Source of the DNA: Camelus dromedarius
Lineage: Eukaryota
DNA: 64,000 nt
NCBI RefSeq assembly: GCF_036321535.1
Contig: NC_087437.1
Span: 1,054,001 to 1,118,000 of the forward strand
Direction: 5' to 3'
Shown here piece after piece: positions 38,610 through 52,936 of the stretch. The first letter of the stretch is position 1. Every line of letters starts with the position of its first letter. Both the position numbers and the translations under genes were made by a program. Below the pieces are notes generated by a model that did no database searches, was not told the origin of the DNA, and saw only the letters and a program-made list of their open reading frames with translations.

Positions 38610-38810
38610 TTTGTTGAACACCCAAAATGTGCTATATTCTTTTCTGAGAGTTTTACAGAAATGAATCCTTCAATCTTCTCAACAAGCGAGTAAGGAAGGT
38701 TTGATTGTTATCCCAGTTTCACAGTGTGGAAATTGAGGCACACAGAGGGTAAGTTGGCCAAAATCACAGAAATAGTAAGTGGCAGAGCTGGTATTTAAAC
38801 CCTGGCTTAC
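38610..38810 (-). mobile_element. MIR
   Basis: tatcccagtttcacagtgtggaaattgaggcacacagagggtaagt...gtaagtggcagagctggtatttaaaccc. Confidence 0.75.
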
Positions 38811-40194
38811 TGGTTTGAGGCTCCCAGAGATGGGCTTTGGGTGTTTAGAGTTATCTGCATCCCTGAATCTTTGTACCTCTGTGCATATGTTAGCCCAGAA
38901 AGGACAGGGAAAGGAGAGTTACACAGATGCTCATAGTCATGTCTTGGCCACTGTCCACAGAGAGTGCATCGTGATTGGCGTTATTTGTTTTCCAGGCAGT
39001 AGATCAGTTCTTATAACAGAAATTTAGCCCATTGAGTTAATCTAGAAACCCTTCCTGCTCTGTTTCTGTCCATGCTTGCCATGTGACTGCCTCCCTGTGA
39101 TTAGGCCATTGAGAAAATGTACTCATGGTTGAACTCTGATATTTCAGTCTGGTTCATAGTTTCACGTCTTCTGTTACATTAATAAGTTAAGTTTCTGGTT
39201 TTCTTTCATCAGTGTGTCATGAGTTTGGTTAATGTGAAACAAGTCCATGGGAGCCCAGGGGTGATGACGGTATAATTTCTGAGCACGTTGTGGCACTTCT
39301 ACCCTTGCAGACCTGGCGGGAGTATGTCCGCCTTCCTCACTGATTTCCCCCAACAGCAGGGTCCTCTCCCACCCCCGCATGTGAGGCTGGGAGCTCTCTG
39401 AGTAGGCCAGTCAGAGGCCAAGTCCACCAATCAGAAAATGATGAAGTACCTGGAAGTGGTTTTAATAGAAGAAAAGGGTTTCCAGGTAGTCCAATGGGCT
39501 GTTCGAGCCCGTTTGGTGAAAAGCTGTCCAGTGTCTGTGGTTGAGGTGCTTCTTTGCTGTTGAAAAGCCTGGATTAGATGAAGGGATTTTAAAAAGCAGA
39601 AAAGGAGTGATTTCAGGTGAGAAGTGATGGATGACCACCTGTGTGAGGCATTGACAGGGTCTTACAAACTTCTTAAAATAACTTTAAAAGCTCTTCCATC
39701 TGAGTGCATTTCATATGGGGTCCAGTTCATCACTGGTCACCCTGAGAGGGCAAATAATTGATGATGGCAGAAAGGACACGGAGGTATCAAAAAGGTCTCA
39801 GTCATTTTCCCTTTTTAAAGGATGTGGCAAAGTGTAATATATTTGAGCTGGTTTTTCACTGAACAATTTTTAGTGTTTTCTGGGACTCCCCAATGCCCCA
39901 AGGTTCCATGCAGCTGGGTGTCCCCTCAGAGCATGTCTGTCAGAGCTTGCCCTGGGTTGACGTGGTGTCACGGGGAGCAGGACGGTCAGAGTCCCCGGAT
40001 CTTCCGAGCTCCGTCTCCTCATCTTCAGTGCCGGGTTTCTCATCCGTGTCTACTTAGGGTTGTTGAGAATCACACGTGATGGTTCAGGTGTGATTTGTGA
40101 TTGTCTCTGTGATTGGCATATAGTCAATATTTGAAAGAAACACTTTTTTTTTAGTATAATTGTAGCACATAGATTGCAGTGCTTTTTAGTCTGC

Positions 40195-40330
40195 TTTTTT
40201 TATATAACTTTATTCTTATTTTTAAATATGCACTTATTTTTATTTATTTTTTTGGAGGTACTGGGGACTGAATCCAGGACATTGTTCATGCTAAGCAGGT
40301 GCTCTACAACTGAGTAATACACACCCTCCT
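40195..40330 (-). mobile_element. vic-1-like tRNA-Ala SINE
   Basis: ttggaggtactggggactgaatccagg...catgctaagcaggtgctctacaactgag. Confidence 0.8.
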
Positions 40331-41190
40331 TGTCTGCACTTGAAAATAAATATTTCAATACACAAAATAGCTCTTAAACACCATCATGGGACCTAGTCAC
40401 TGTTTAGAGAGTTGAACACGTATGCTTTTTCAATAAGAATAAATGTTGTTGAGACATACATTTCTGAATCTGTTAATGTGCTTAAAAACGATCATAGGTA
40501 GTGATAAACACGAATCTTTGATCCAGTACTTCTTAGGGTCTGTTTTGCCATCAAGTGAAATTACATTCTACAGAGAAAGCTAATTGGATCTCTTTGATAT
40601 TTGGATGGTTTAGCAGATGATCAAGGCTTTCAAAAGCTGACAGATTTGTATTTTAAACTAACTACAAAGTTATCTTGTAGAAGTTGGAATTCCTAAACTT
40701 GTGAAGTGCCCAGTAATCCAGGGGGTATGTGTCTGTGTCTGAGTGAACGTTTGTGTGTGTGATTTCAGGAATCTAGAAATAAGTTTCATATGGACTTCTG
40801 ATACCTTTCTCCTACAGTTCAAGGTATAGGCATATATTTACACAAATAAATTGATATTCTTTTGTCATTTTGCATATTTGTGGGAATAAGAGTTTCTCAT
40901 ACTTGTTTCAGAAGGGTTGGGGAGCATGAGCTCAGAAAACGGGAGGAGAAAGAGGCAGGGAGGCACTTCACACTTTGTGCAGGATATGAGAAACAGTAGC
41001 TTTTTTTTCTCTTTTCTTCTAAAGCAAACTGGCACTGAATTGTAACCTACTATTACCCAGAATTGCTTTTCTGATCAGATACAAGTGCCTCAGATTTTTC
41101 AAGGCAACATGAATGATGAAATGTGTTTTAGCAGTTATCATTAAAAGTAGTTTTATTTTTCAAGTAAAAGGCTATAGCGTGTTCTTCCAG

Positions 41191-41217
41191 CGGTACATGA
41201 AGTCCTCATTGATCTAT
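41191..41217 (+). pseudogene. TRAPPC9: TRAPPC9 27-nt microexon
   Basis: ttcttccag|cggtacatgaagtcctcattgatctat is 27 nt and reads (A)VHEVLIDL, versus recalled (G)AQEVLIDP. It sits in the expected position between the flanking exons; followed by gc rather than gt. Confidence 0.7.
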
Positions 41218-43849
41218 GCACATGATCTATGTGCTTAGTTCCTTTGTTTTTTTTTTTTTTAAGTGCTTGTTTCATTGTGGTGTGAATGAATGTTTAAAAT
41301 TTCTGGATTTTGATCTTTAGAACATGCTGATTTATCAGAGCTGTTAAAAACCTGATTGTTATTTGGTCCTTGTTTGTTGGGGCACCCTATTGATTTCTGT
41401 TGTCTGTTAAAGCGGGAAATGCTTCCTCTAGCCTGCAGATCATTAAGTGAATGGTTTGCAGTGTGCCTTTAAAATTATTTGAATGCATTGAGCATGTTTG
41501 TCCAGTGAATTCTGAATTAACTCATTCTATTGACTTTGCTTTGGTTCTGTGGCTTTTGCTCCTCTCCACAAGAATTTGAATTCTCTGTTGCATTTTGTAT
41601 ACGTGTTCTTAACAGGGGAAGAAATTTTGCATTTTTTACAGAGGTGGCTTTTCCTATCCCCTCTGAATGCCTTCTATAATTGATACAATAGTAATCTGTT
41701 ATTGCAGTGCATAATTCTTTCATAAACTATTTTTTGGCATAATCAGAAACAATGACAAAGTATGATAATAAAAAATATGAAAACCTTCCTTCCTTTGAAG
41801 AATAGAAATGAGGTGGTCAGGCTCACACCTGCTTTGTGCCTGACACACTTACTCTCATGTCATTGTGTATCATGATTCGGAGATGGAGTTGCTCCAGGTT
41901 TATAGATTTTTGTTTTAACATTTGTGTTGAATTCTTTCTCCAGGCTGATGTTTCCTGTTGGTTTTGTGGAAAGAGTAGAAGGGAAACAAATCCTTTGTTT
42001 TGTTTTCAGGAGGCCTGAGTTGATGAGAAAAGGGTTGAGGGTGGGCTGAGGAAAAGAGTGACACTCCCTCTCCTCCCGGCTGAAATTGATAAACAAAGAA
42101 ATCAATTAAGTGTATCGGTATTTGACCAATAGAAGTTAGAGAGCCCAAAATGGCTAGATATGCCCAATGGAAATTACTGAATTCACCTGCAGAATTATGT
42201 GCTTTACCAAGTAGAAGCAACTTAGAGCAATCAGAAAAATCAGTAATATGATGAGATATAAAAGGAATATTATATCTTTTATTTCTGAAACTTTTCTACG
42301 GTAAGTTGTGTAGAGCTAAAATTAAGTTTCAAGCACCAGGAGTTAAGAGTGTGGGTAGTTCTGTAGGATCGTTATTCACGGATGTGCCTAGACCCTGCTA
42401 GAGTGGCTGAAGATGGCAGGAAAAGACCCAGAGGCAGGATTTGTCATCCTAGGGTGTCCTCCATAATGGTTCCATGTGGGACCCCATGATTGGTTTAACA
42501 AATTGTAACACACACCAGCCTCCTGTGAACTTTAAGAAGAAAAATATATGCTTAAAAACTGCTTTGCAAGCAAGTGCCTGTACATCCTCACTCCAGTCTC
42601 CTTGCCTTAAAAAGCAGAGACAATGCTTTGCTTGCATAGTTGAGCTTTTAGATAGCACTCTGCTGGTTGCAAAGCAAGGACCGAGGCCCTCAGCTATAAA
42701 CGCTGAGCTTGTGTGCTGTTAGATAGTCTATGATCCACAGAACAAGGACCTGGCTGGTCTGGTGGTCTGCTTTGTAATTCACATGTCTGAAAATGTATCT
42801 TGCTCCCCTCACCCCATGACTTCCCTAAAGATACACTAATCCTTTGTACTCATTGTGTATTCTACAATCTCTGCTTCATACTGTCTTTCCCGAAGTTCCT
42901 ATTACTATCACACAACTGTTAATGAATTTTTCCTTTGATTATACACAATAAATAAGGGTGCAATTGAGAGGCTCGTGGAGTTGGCTCCCTACTCCCTCTC
43001 GATTTATTGACTTTTTCCACAGAGACTTGAATAATCATTCCATGTCGGTAAGACATCTGCCAGCCAACCCACAGTTCCAGGTGAGAAGGATGCAGGTTTA
43101 TCTCTCCTACCCGATGGAGAGAGAGGAGAGAATTGAGATATGCTCCCCATGGTCCCTTCCTGTCCCACGGCCACTGCAGTTCACCTGCAGCCTTCTGGCC
43201 TCTGCTCAGAGGGCCTCTGTCCCAGGACTGACTGCAGCTTTTTCTTCCCTTGTCAACATTTCCTGTGCCTTTAAGAAGTTGGTCTCTTCTCTGCAATTCA
43301 ACCCTGGCAGATGTGATGGTGGTCAGCGTGCTGGTGGGCAGTCCTTTGCGGACTCCCAGGAGACATGCTGATTCTCCTGAGTCTCTCAATCGGGGTTACA
43401 GAACAGTCGAGCACCGAAGGAAGCCCATTCACGTGAGGTCAACAGAGCATTTTATCACTTTCATTTTATTTTTAAATTTTCAGTGGAGAAATTATTTGTA
43501 GCAAACTGTTCCAGATAGTCGGCCGCCTGCTTTCCTCACTACCATTTCCTTGTTGGCTCTGGTGCTTGTTTTAAGAACCAGGTTTCTTCTCTGGTCATTT
43601 GTAGCAGCTGGGCTTGCCGAATCCTTGATCTGCATTTGAAGCAGAATGCTTCTTCCTGATGTGAAACAGATTTTCCTATTTCTGAATATTTCGTGTACAC
43701 TCAGCAACTGTTTCAAGTGAAATGCTCTTGTCCAATTTCGGTTAACTCACATTTGCTGATCTCCTACTTTCATGCTGAGGGCAGTTTCTTCTTCCTCTAA
43801 TAAAAGTTAGCAATTTGCATTTACTAGGGAAGGTACTGGCCCGAGGTGC

Positions 43850-44900
43850 TTTTTTTCTTACCAGTTTTAATACAATTCACCCATTTAAATATACAGTCGT
43901 TTTTAATCTATGCCCAGAATTGTGCATCCCATTTAATCTTAGAATATTTTCATTCCCCCAAGAGGAAGCCCCGTATGCATAAGCAGTCATTCCCATCTTC
44001 CCCATCCTCCCCCAGCCCCAAGGAGCCACTCTTCTCTCTCTGTGGATTTGCCTGTGCTGGACATTTCATTTAAATCGAGTCACTTCATGTAAGTGGAACC
44101 GTCTATTGTGACTGACTTATTTCACACTGAGTAACGTTATCAAAGTTTGTCCACGTTGTGGCCTGGGTCAGTACTCTATGCTTTGCTATTGCTGAATAAT
44201 ATTCCACTGTATGGCTGGGCCCCACTGTTTACCCATTCATCAGGTGATAGGCAATTGGGTTGTTTCTGCTTTTTGGCTGTTATGAGTAGTGTCGCCATGA
44301 ATATTCCTGTAGGAGTTTTTATGTGGACATTTGTTTTCAGTTCTCTTACGTCTGTGCCCAGACAGCAGAGTTGCTGGGTCATTCAGAAACCAAATGTTCA
44401 ACTCTCTGAGGACCTGCCAGGCTGTTTTCCAAAGTGGCCACGCTGTGTTACGTCCTCACCAGCAAGGGCTGCGTGCTCTGCTTCCTCTGTGTCCTTATTA
44501 GTGCTTTTTACCCTTTTTTTTTATTATAACCTATTGTTGTGAGTGTGAAGCGGTTTCTCCTAGTGATTTTGACTTGATTTCCCTTACAGCTAAAGATATT
44601 GAACATCGTTTCTTTGTGCTTATTGGCCATTTGTATATTTTCCTTGAAAAATACCATTTCAGATACTTTATTCAACTTTTAATTGAGTTGCCTTTTTATT
44701 GTTGAGTTGTAGGAGGTACTTTTTTTTTTTTATAGATACAAATTCCTTATCAGATAAATGATTTGAAAAAAATTTCTCCTGTGTGTTGTTTTTCCACTTT
44801 CTGGATAGTGCCCTTTGAAGCAAAGTTTTAAATTTTGATGAACTCCAATTTATCTCTGTTTTCTTTGTTCCTTGTGCTTTTGGGGTATTATTTAAAATCT
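43850..44900 (-). mobile_element. Old L1 (L1M-type) 3' region
   Basis: Minus-strand ORF2 remnant ELKTNVHIKTPTGIFMATLLITAKKQKQPNCLSPDEWVN (44176-44382) plus L1 3' UTR motifs. Confidence 0.85.
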
Positions 44901-47900
44901 GAGGTATTTTATTTAAAATTTTATATATAAAATAACTTAATTCGTAGGACCGTTCTAGGAGATGGGTGCGGTTGTTGTCCCCAGTGTATGGATAGAAGAC
45001 TGAGATGCAGAAAATTTCTCTGAAATATCAGTTTCACAGCTACCCAGTGCTGTGGGAGTTCAGACACTCATGTTTGTCCCAAACATCTGTGATCCTCACC
45101 ACCATGCTCCACTACTGCCTGGAATCGTTAATGAAAACGTCTTTCCTTTTTTGATTCCTTGTTAGTTTGCTTTCTCATTGGGGACCTCATCTCCTCATTT
45201 TCCTTTCGGATATCAGTGTAGATTTATTTTAGGTCTCATGTAGGCAGAAGCATTTCTATCAGTTAACTTCTTTATTACTCACTCTCCAGTGATGAATGTT
45301 GCTAGTTGACCTAATCAAGTCATGCTTAATTCTTTCCTTCTCATGACACTAAAAACAGTCATGACTTACAGAATGCTAAAAGCAGAAAGTACTTGATTGA
45401 TTTTATTTTGCTACCCAATCAAACCAATCAAATAAAAACCCGCTGTTGACACAGATTATAAGCCCTCCAGGATAGGGTCACTGTCTTCCTTGTGTTTCAT
45501 TTATTTGGTCACAGTGTCTGGATAGTGCCTTGCTGTTCAGCAGTTTTGTTAGGAAACGGTGCTCGTGAATCATTGTAAGGACAGAATTTTGACAACAGAC
45601 TGTGTTGTTCATTTCACAAGGGAAAAGATAATATAGAAATACTGCTCAGATCTATTTTAAAATTAAGCTTGGAATTTTGAGAACAATTCAAGAAACCATA
45701 CAAAGATTTTTCACTAATTTTAGATCTATCTTAAACACATTATGGTTACATAGCAGAGTAACTTATCAAGTAGATTTGACAAGAGGAGTGTATTATTGAT
45801 TTTTTGTTTTAGTTGAAATATTCTATCTGGGATAAAGTAATCAGTGCCTATAAATGAACAAATATGTTTGTATTTCTATGCAACATGGGAGCAGACTTCA
45901 TATGTTTCTATATAATATATATGACTGTGTGTTTTAATCTGTCTGTCAGTGTTTTTATAGTTTTTCAGCAATGTTGTAACATTAGAATTCTAAGAAATTC
46001 ACTCCCGATACTACTGCAGTTTGTACTGTGTATCCTGTCTTATGTATGGGATTCCACTGTCCCCTAAGTGAGGAATTTCCTCTCCTATTGAGTTAGAAGC
46101 AGATTTAAAGGAACTGTGATTTCTAGGCGTTTGCTCTCCATGTGTTTGCACTTGGGTGTCAATCACAATTTTCCCTTTCTTGAGTTTTCATTGTTCAATT
46201 AGAATTTTTGAAAATAACTATTAATATGTTTCACTAGTCTCCCTCGAAACTTGATGTTTTTGTGCTTTTCAGTTTTCAATTTATGAAAATTGTAAATGCA
46301 CACTTGTTTTTAAGTAGTCCTTTTTCACTAGATATTTACCTCTTTATAGTTAAAATAATTTTTTTCCCAATGAATGAATCACTGTGCATGTTTTACAAGA
46401 TACCTTACTTTTTATTTTTCTTATTCTAACAGGTATATTCATTGTAGAAAATTTTGAAAATAAGGATAAACCCAGTAATAACTTAAAAATGGCCTCTAAT
46501 CTCACCTGGAGATACAGTTGTAAGGTTTGAAATTGAGAATTACAAGTCCTCTCATTTTTTTCTTTTTTTCAAGTACGTTTTGGTTACTGAGTCCCTCGAA
46601 TTCCCATATGAATAGTAGCAGCAGCTAGTCAGTTACTGCAGAGGAGCCCGCTGGGATTGTGATCGAGACCACGTTGAGTATACAGATCGCTCTGGGGAGC
46701 ACTGCCATCCCAAGAGCGTTGTCATGTGATCCAGGAATGTGCGTGGTGTGTCTGTACAGGTATTTAGGTCTTCTTTAATTTTTTTCAACAATGCGTAGAG
46801 TTTACATAGTATTATTTTACCTTATTTTTTTGCCTTTATACTGAGTACAAGTGTGCAAGGTACCAGGATCAGAATTGTATTATAGCCCCGCCACTTGCTG
46901 CCACCATGGACGCTGCACTCTTGCTTTGCCCTGTGTAAAATCTTGCACAAAATAGGACCTAAGTAACTCTCTCTTGAATGAATGATTATATGATAGCTGG
47001 ATGATGCTGGAGAGTCCTTGTGATGATGTCTTTTTCCCAGACTTTCCCCTCTTCTTAACTATGCCTTTTCTCTTCCTTTCCTCCAGCCTGGGTTTCAGCC
47101 TGCCTGTGGCATTGATTTTCCCTGAGTGTGTACTCTTCCTTTAACTAGTTCACGATAATGTTTCATGCGGGCTATGAAAACTTGCTAGATGTCAAGAAAT
47201 AGCAAATTCACTGCATGTATTTTTAGTCTGTGGTATTATATTATCCATTGAAATTAAATCAGGCTGACCCCCTGAGCCCTCTCCTGAGCTCTTTTCTCCT
47301 TCCTACGGGTGATACTTCTCTGGTTGCTGTCTGTGCCCTTCTCCCAGACTTGGTTTTGGAGTTGAGTAAGTCACCATCAGTGGAGCTCTCTCTTTAAAGA
47401 TGAAGAGAACATTTGCTCCTTCTCCCTGGTTGGGGACTGGATGAGATGAGGTAACAGATAAAGAATGGAGCCCCATCTCATTCTGACCCCCGCTCTTTCC
47501 GTTCCTTTCTCCAGGGGAAAAGAGTACAATTCAAAAATATAAAGATTGTGAGCTAATGAGATAGACAAGACAACCGAACATTTGTTAAATATCCTTTCAT
47601 GCCGGAAACAAATGTATTATACACACAAAAAGCACACAAATCACGGTAGTACTGCGGTTACAAACGTGGGTCCGAGTTCGAGTCCTGCTCTGGAGTGACC
47701 AGTCCTGTGAGATGGAGAACTGTTAGGTCGGCTTAGCTTCTCCCGGACTTGTTTTCTGTCCTGCAGAGATGGGGCTCGCTAGGCGGCCCTCTCCCGTAGA
47801 GGTGCTGTGGGGTGTAAATGGCGCGCGTCGGCAGCCCGAGCACAGCTGCTCATTCCTCGTAAGGGCAGGATAGCATCGCTTTTGCGGTGACAGCTTTATG

Positions 47901-49231
47901 ACCGTCCCGTGTAGACTCTTAGTGCTCCGAAGGGATGCCTTGTGGTTTGGAGATGGGATTCTCACTTCTGTAAATACCCAAGGATTGTGTTATTGGGCCG
48001 TGCTGATTTGAATCTATTCTTTAGAAAGTACATATTGTAGATATATTTTTCAAGCATGCATGCTTTTTTCTTTTATTATTTATAGTTCTACCCTCTCATC
48101 TCTTGGTGTGACTTTTCATGGAATCCAGGAAACAGTCCTAAGCCACCTGCCTCTTCACACTTCTCCGTGGTGGTTTTCTTCCCTGACTAGAAGAGGGTTC
48201 TGCATAGGAAATTTTCTTTGTTCCCCTTTTCTTGGAGTCACTCTGTCTCCCCAACTCTCACCTGTCCATCTGTCCATTACTCTACCCACTGATTCTTCTG
48301 ACTTGTTCCAAAAAGCATTTCAGGCAGCTTACAGAAGAACAGATACCAAATTAACAGGTGAGAAAATGGGGCCAAGTTCAGACAGTGAGGCTAGGAGGCG
48401 AGCCTGTGTGAGAGTTGCAGGCGTGAGACACGCGCCTCAGCCCTGTGACTTATAAGATCGACAGCAACAGTGTGCCTGAGGCTCCCAGCAGACACAGGGA
48501 AACAGGGTTTGTGGGAGATGCTCACTGGCTGTGAAATAAATAAGTGGCTTAGGAGATGCCCAGCCTTTCCAGCTACTAAGGCTTAGGAGAATATGTTGAG
48601 TTTCTTCCAAAATCAGAGTATTGCATCTTTTCTTTTTTCAGAGTTCTATGTATAGTTGGTTACATTCTATACCTGGAAATTTCTCCAAAACTGCTTCCCA
48701 CGTGAGTCCCATGGCTCGGGAATGGGGTGGTTCTGCTCATTGACGGGTGTAGGCCAGAAACAGAAAATGACAGCCTCAAAGGAGCCTGGGATATGTCAGT
48801 TATGTTTTGTCAGTGCTGTAGATTTCAGAAAACGCTTTCACCGTTTCTCTCCATCTGAGGTGGCAGCGTGCTCTCTTAGCAGCATCAGGAGCTCAGGGCC
48901 ACGGGATGGTGGGGGCTGACTGCACTGCTATCAAGACAGCTGTGCCAGTCACTGCAGGCGTGGTGATTTTACATAGTGCATTTCATGTTCTTTAATAGGT
49001 TTCAACAGGTAGTTAATTAACTGAGTTAATTAACATTTAAGAAATATGATGCTTTGTTGAAAAGACAGTTATAGGCAGATTATAAGTTGTGAACACTTTA
49101 AAAACGGTTTCATTACTGAAATTTTAGTAGGGAAGATTTAGTTTATCTTATTTACACCTCTCTTCAAAAGTAACAAAGTAACAAGACAGAAAAAGCAGAG
49201 GATGATTTCTGTTCTTCCTCTCGGCTTGCAG

Positions 49232-49352
49232 GTGCCCTCACCTCCAGTGGCATCCATCCAGACACCAGCACTGACACTGGCCGTGCTCAGAACTGCCTCA
49301 GCCCTGAAGACACAACTGACAAATAGAAGGGGGCTACGCCCTATGACAGCAG
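49232..49352 (+). pseudogene. TRAPPC9: TRAPPC9 pseudo-exon ([12 protein letters not shown]... exon)
   Basis: ttgcag acceptor. It reads [38 protein letters not shown] (TAG 49324-49326), versus recalled [40 protein letters not shown]. Confidence 0.93.
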
Positions 49353-50529
49353 GTGCTCTCACTTTGTGGGTCCTTATGTAACTGCACGATGTTAATCAGG
49401 ATCGCCCGTTCTACACTGTGTGACGCTGCTGCCGTGTCTCCTAGTTATTTCTGTAAGTACTAGTGTAATTTTTTCAATGTGTGGTACTAGACATCTAAAA
49501 ATGCTTTTTTCAGATGAAAAATAATGTGTATTTAATATAATAAGTCTGAAAAATGGGACAAAAGTGTCTATCCTGGTCCCACTACTCAGAGATAATAATT
49601 AACACTTTAACATCTATTTTCTGTTCTTTTCATCAGTGTGTATTACGTCTGTCATAAAAACCAGCGAGCACTCTGTGCCTGTTTACTGTGTGGAGACCTC
49701 CATTTTCCATTCGGCTTATTACATGTTTTTCTACAGTATTCTCTCTCCCCTGGCATGATTTTTAATGACCAGTATAGCATTCTGTCTTGTGGAGGCATCG
49801 TCCATTTTACTTCGGACTTAAATAAACTTTTAAATTCCAAGTATATTTAACTGAAATACTGAAAAGAGAACTGTGGTGGTACCGAAAGACCCCTACATCC
49901 CTTCCCCTTTTTTTCCTGAGAGTAAAAACTGCTGACAATGTGGTGTATATATTTCATGACCTTTATGCCTGTCATATATATATACACATACATACATGTA
50001 TATGAGAAATCTATGTATATGTGTGTGTATATATGCTTTATTGAAAAATAAGGCCATACTATATGTTTTGTGCAGCTCGGTTTATTCACTGAGGTGTATA
50101 TCATAGACGTCCTCCCACTCCAGACTCACCCGGTCCTTTCAGATAGAGTAGAGGGGTCTCCTGATGTGCAGTAGATTTGGTCTCTTGTGTAAGGACACCT
50201 TTGGTGGGAGAGTACTGTGGACAAGGCCTTGGACCACACCAAAACGCCTGCCCCTTAGTGCCCACAGCTCGCCTTGATTTACCGCATCATTGTCTTGATG
50301 GTGGATACTTAAGTTTTCTCCATTTTCCACTGTCAGAAAGGGTGTTTGACTGGCGTCCTTCTTGTACAAATATTCCTGTGATCTTGTATGAGTATTCCTT
50401 TAGTTAAGGTTTCTGGAAATTTAGTCCCTGGATGTGACAATTACATACATCACAGGCTCCTTTCAAGTGACTCTAGAAATTCCTTCTCCTGCGGGGAATG
50501 AAAAGATGTAGAATAACTTATGTAACCAA

Positions 50530-51950
50530 TTCTATATCGCTGGATATGATTTCACTTCAGCTTTTCTTCCCACCATTGTAAAAAGTGCTGTGTAAATGCT
50601 CTGATGAGTACATCTTTTTGAACTGATTTTTTTTCTAAACGAAACGATTCCTAAAATGGAGTTCAGTCTGTGTGTACACACATTTTTCAGAGTTTACATA
50701 TCCATTGACACGTCGTCCTCCAAAAAGATCGCTCAGTTTGTTCTCTCAAAGATGGACACTACCTAGAATATTTTTTAAAAACATTTGCCAATATGATGAG
50801 CAAAATTGCTTTTTCATTGTTTTAGTTTGCACTTGATGACTAGTGAGGTATTGAGCATTTTTCACTCATTAGCCATCTGACTTTTAAAAGGTGAATGATC
50901 CCTTTTGTCCTTTGCACACATTTAAGTGAGGGAGCTTCTTGTTGCTTTGTGACAGCTCTTTGTATGTTATGAACATTAACCCCTTGTCTTCATTAACATG
51001 TATCACAGAGCTTTTTCTTGTCATTTCTTGCCTTTCATTTTGTTCAGTAGGTTTATTTTTGTTGTGGCCAAAAATAATCTTAAGACAGTAAATGTCTTCT
51101 TTTTGGGTTTTATCCTTGATAGTATTCTTAGAAATACTTTCTTATAATGGTATATATCTCCTCTGTAGGATTTTTTAATCTCTATGATGGAGATGATAAT
51201 ACTACTTGTTATAGTGAGGAGAAGTTGAAGTACTATGAGCAAAGAGTTGTATTTGCTGTTATTAGTACTTTCTAATATTTACATCACTATCTGTAATTTT
51301 TCTTGTGGTCATTATGACTGGAATAGAATTTGGTTTTTCCAGGTGATTCTCTGATTGTCCCAAGACAATTATTGAATTCATACTTTGCTCTTTGATTTGA
51401 AATCCCACCTGTAAAAAATATTTATGTACACTAGAGTCTCTTTTTGAGCTCATGGTTTATTTCTGTCAGTCTTACTTTCTTACTCCAGTGCTATATCTTA
51501 CATATTGTAAAAATTTATTTAATATATGACAGTGCGATTTTTTTATTCTTTTTTCCATCCCCAATTTTCTTGTCTAGTATTATGACTTTATTATTCCTGA
51601 AGAGTTCCAAAATATTTTGCTCAAGTTAAAAAAAAAACAGATAAGAGCTGTCATGGGATTTTTAAGTAAGTTTTGAATTATCTTTAAGAGAACGTTCATC
51701 TTTACAAAACTGCTTTCCTCCATACAATATGTTGATGTCTCTGCATTCACACTTCTTACTTTACCCCTCAGTACAGTCCTGTGTTTCTCCATGTACAACA
51801 TGGGCATTGTTTTTGAGTTTATTCCAGATTATTGTTGATGTTTTTGTTAATTTTGTAAGTGAGAATTTTTGCTATTATATATTTTAACTGTTAAAACTGA
51901 CACCTAGGAAGGCAGATTCAATTTGTAAATAATCACTTTGTAACTTGTCA
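50530..51950 (-). mobile_element. Very old L1 (L1ME-like) remnant
   Basis: Degenerate L1 phrases (ttcattgttttagtttgcacttgatgactagtgaggtattgagcattttt; ccaagacaattattgaat; gagttccaaaatattttg). Confidence 0.6.
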
Positions 51951-52898
51951 TTTAAAATTGTAGGTATTAAGTACTTGTTACAGAATACTTTCTTTTCTGT
52001 TTTTAAAAATTTGTTTCCAAGATTCTCAAAATGGTCATAGCTAAGTAGTATAGGTGGGGAGACAGATGGAGAGAGGTAGTGTGGCTCATGTACAAACTGT
52101 GAGCACTTTCATGGCTGCCTTTATGCTGGAAAAGCCACTGAAGAGCCCAGGTAAGACCAGGGGTGGCTTTGTACGCACTTGAAAGCCAGCTTTCCTGTCT
52201 GTATGGAGAAGCCTGGTGAGTGAGGCAGGTATATGATCAAGGTCGAATGGAGGTTATTGGCTGCACAGAGCACTGTGTCTGTGAGAACAGGAGACCATCG
52301 CCATGGGAAATGCTTGGTGCCAGGAACAATGCAGGGAGCTGGGAAGCCTGTCTGTTAAGGATTTTCCAGCCCTGGGAGTGGGAAGATCAGACTCTCCATT
52401 CAGATCTGAGTTTGAATTCATCCTCTTTAGTTTACTGGTCCTCTGACTTTTCTCAAGTTATACATCCTCTTTGAACTCCTGTTTTCTTGTCTCTCAAAAC
52501 AGGAGAATTACGGCCTGCTGCTAGAGTGTTTGATCAGGGTAAATAATTTGTGTCTATAAGATGCCATGTACAGTCACAATCTCAGTGAGAAATGGGCTGT
52601 CGCCTCTTCTTCTGCAACTCAGTGCTTGACGAGACATAGGGGAAAGTCAGTCCCTAATTTGTGTGTGATGCAAGTAGGAACAAAATTAAAGTCTTGCCTT
52701 TCCCTAGTAGTATTCTTACTCCTTTGCTTCATTTACTTCTTTCCTCCTTTCCTTTCCCCTTTCCCCTCCTCCATCAAAAGATCCTGGGACTCTCTCAGAA
52801 CACTAGATTCAAGTTACTTTAAAGGTTGGCTCATCCTCATGAAATGACAGTAACATAAAAAAAATCTGTACACATCCCAGAATGCATTGTATTTGATT

Positions 52899-52936
52899 TA
52901 CACACACACACACACGTGCACACAAACACACACACA
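52899..52936. repeat. (CA)n microsatellite
   Basis: Interrupted CA run. Confidence 0.85.

Noticed and set aside
42917..43445. Possible old LTR or 137-156-aa ORFs
   Set aside because: TG..CA-like ends but no TSD or recognisable family, and the ORFs show no homology. Left uncalled.
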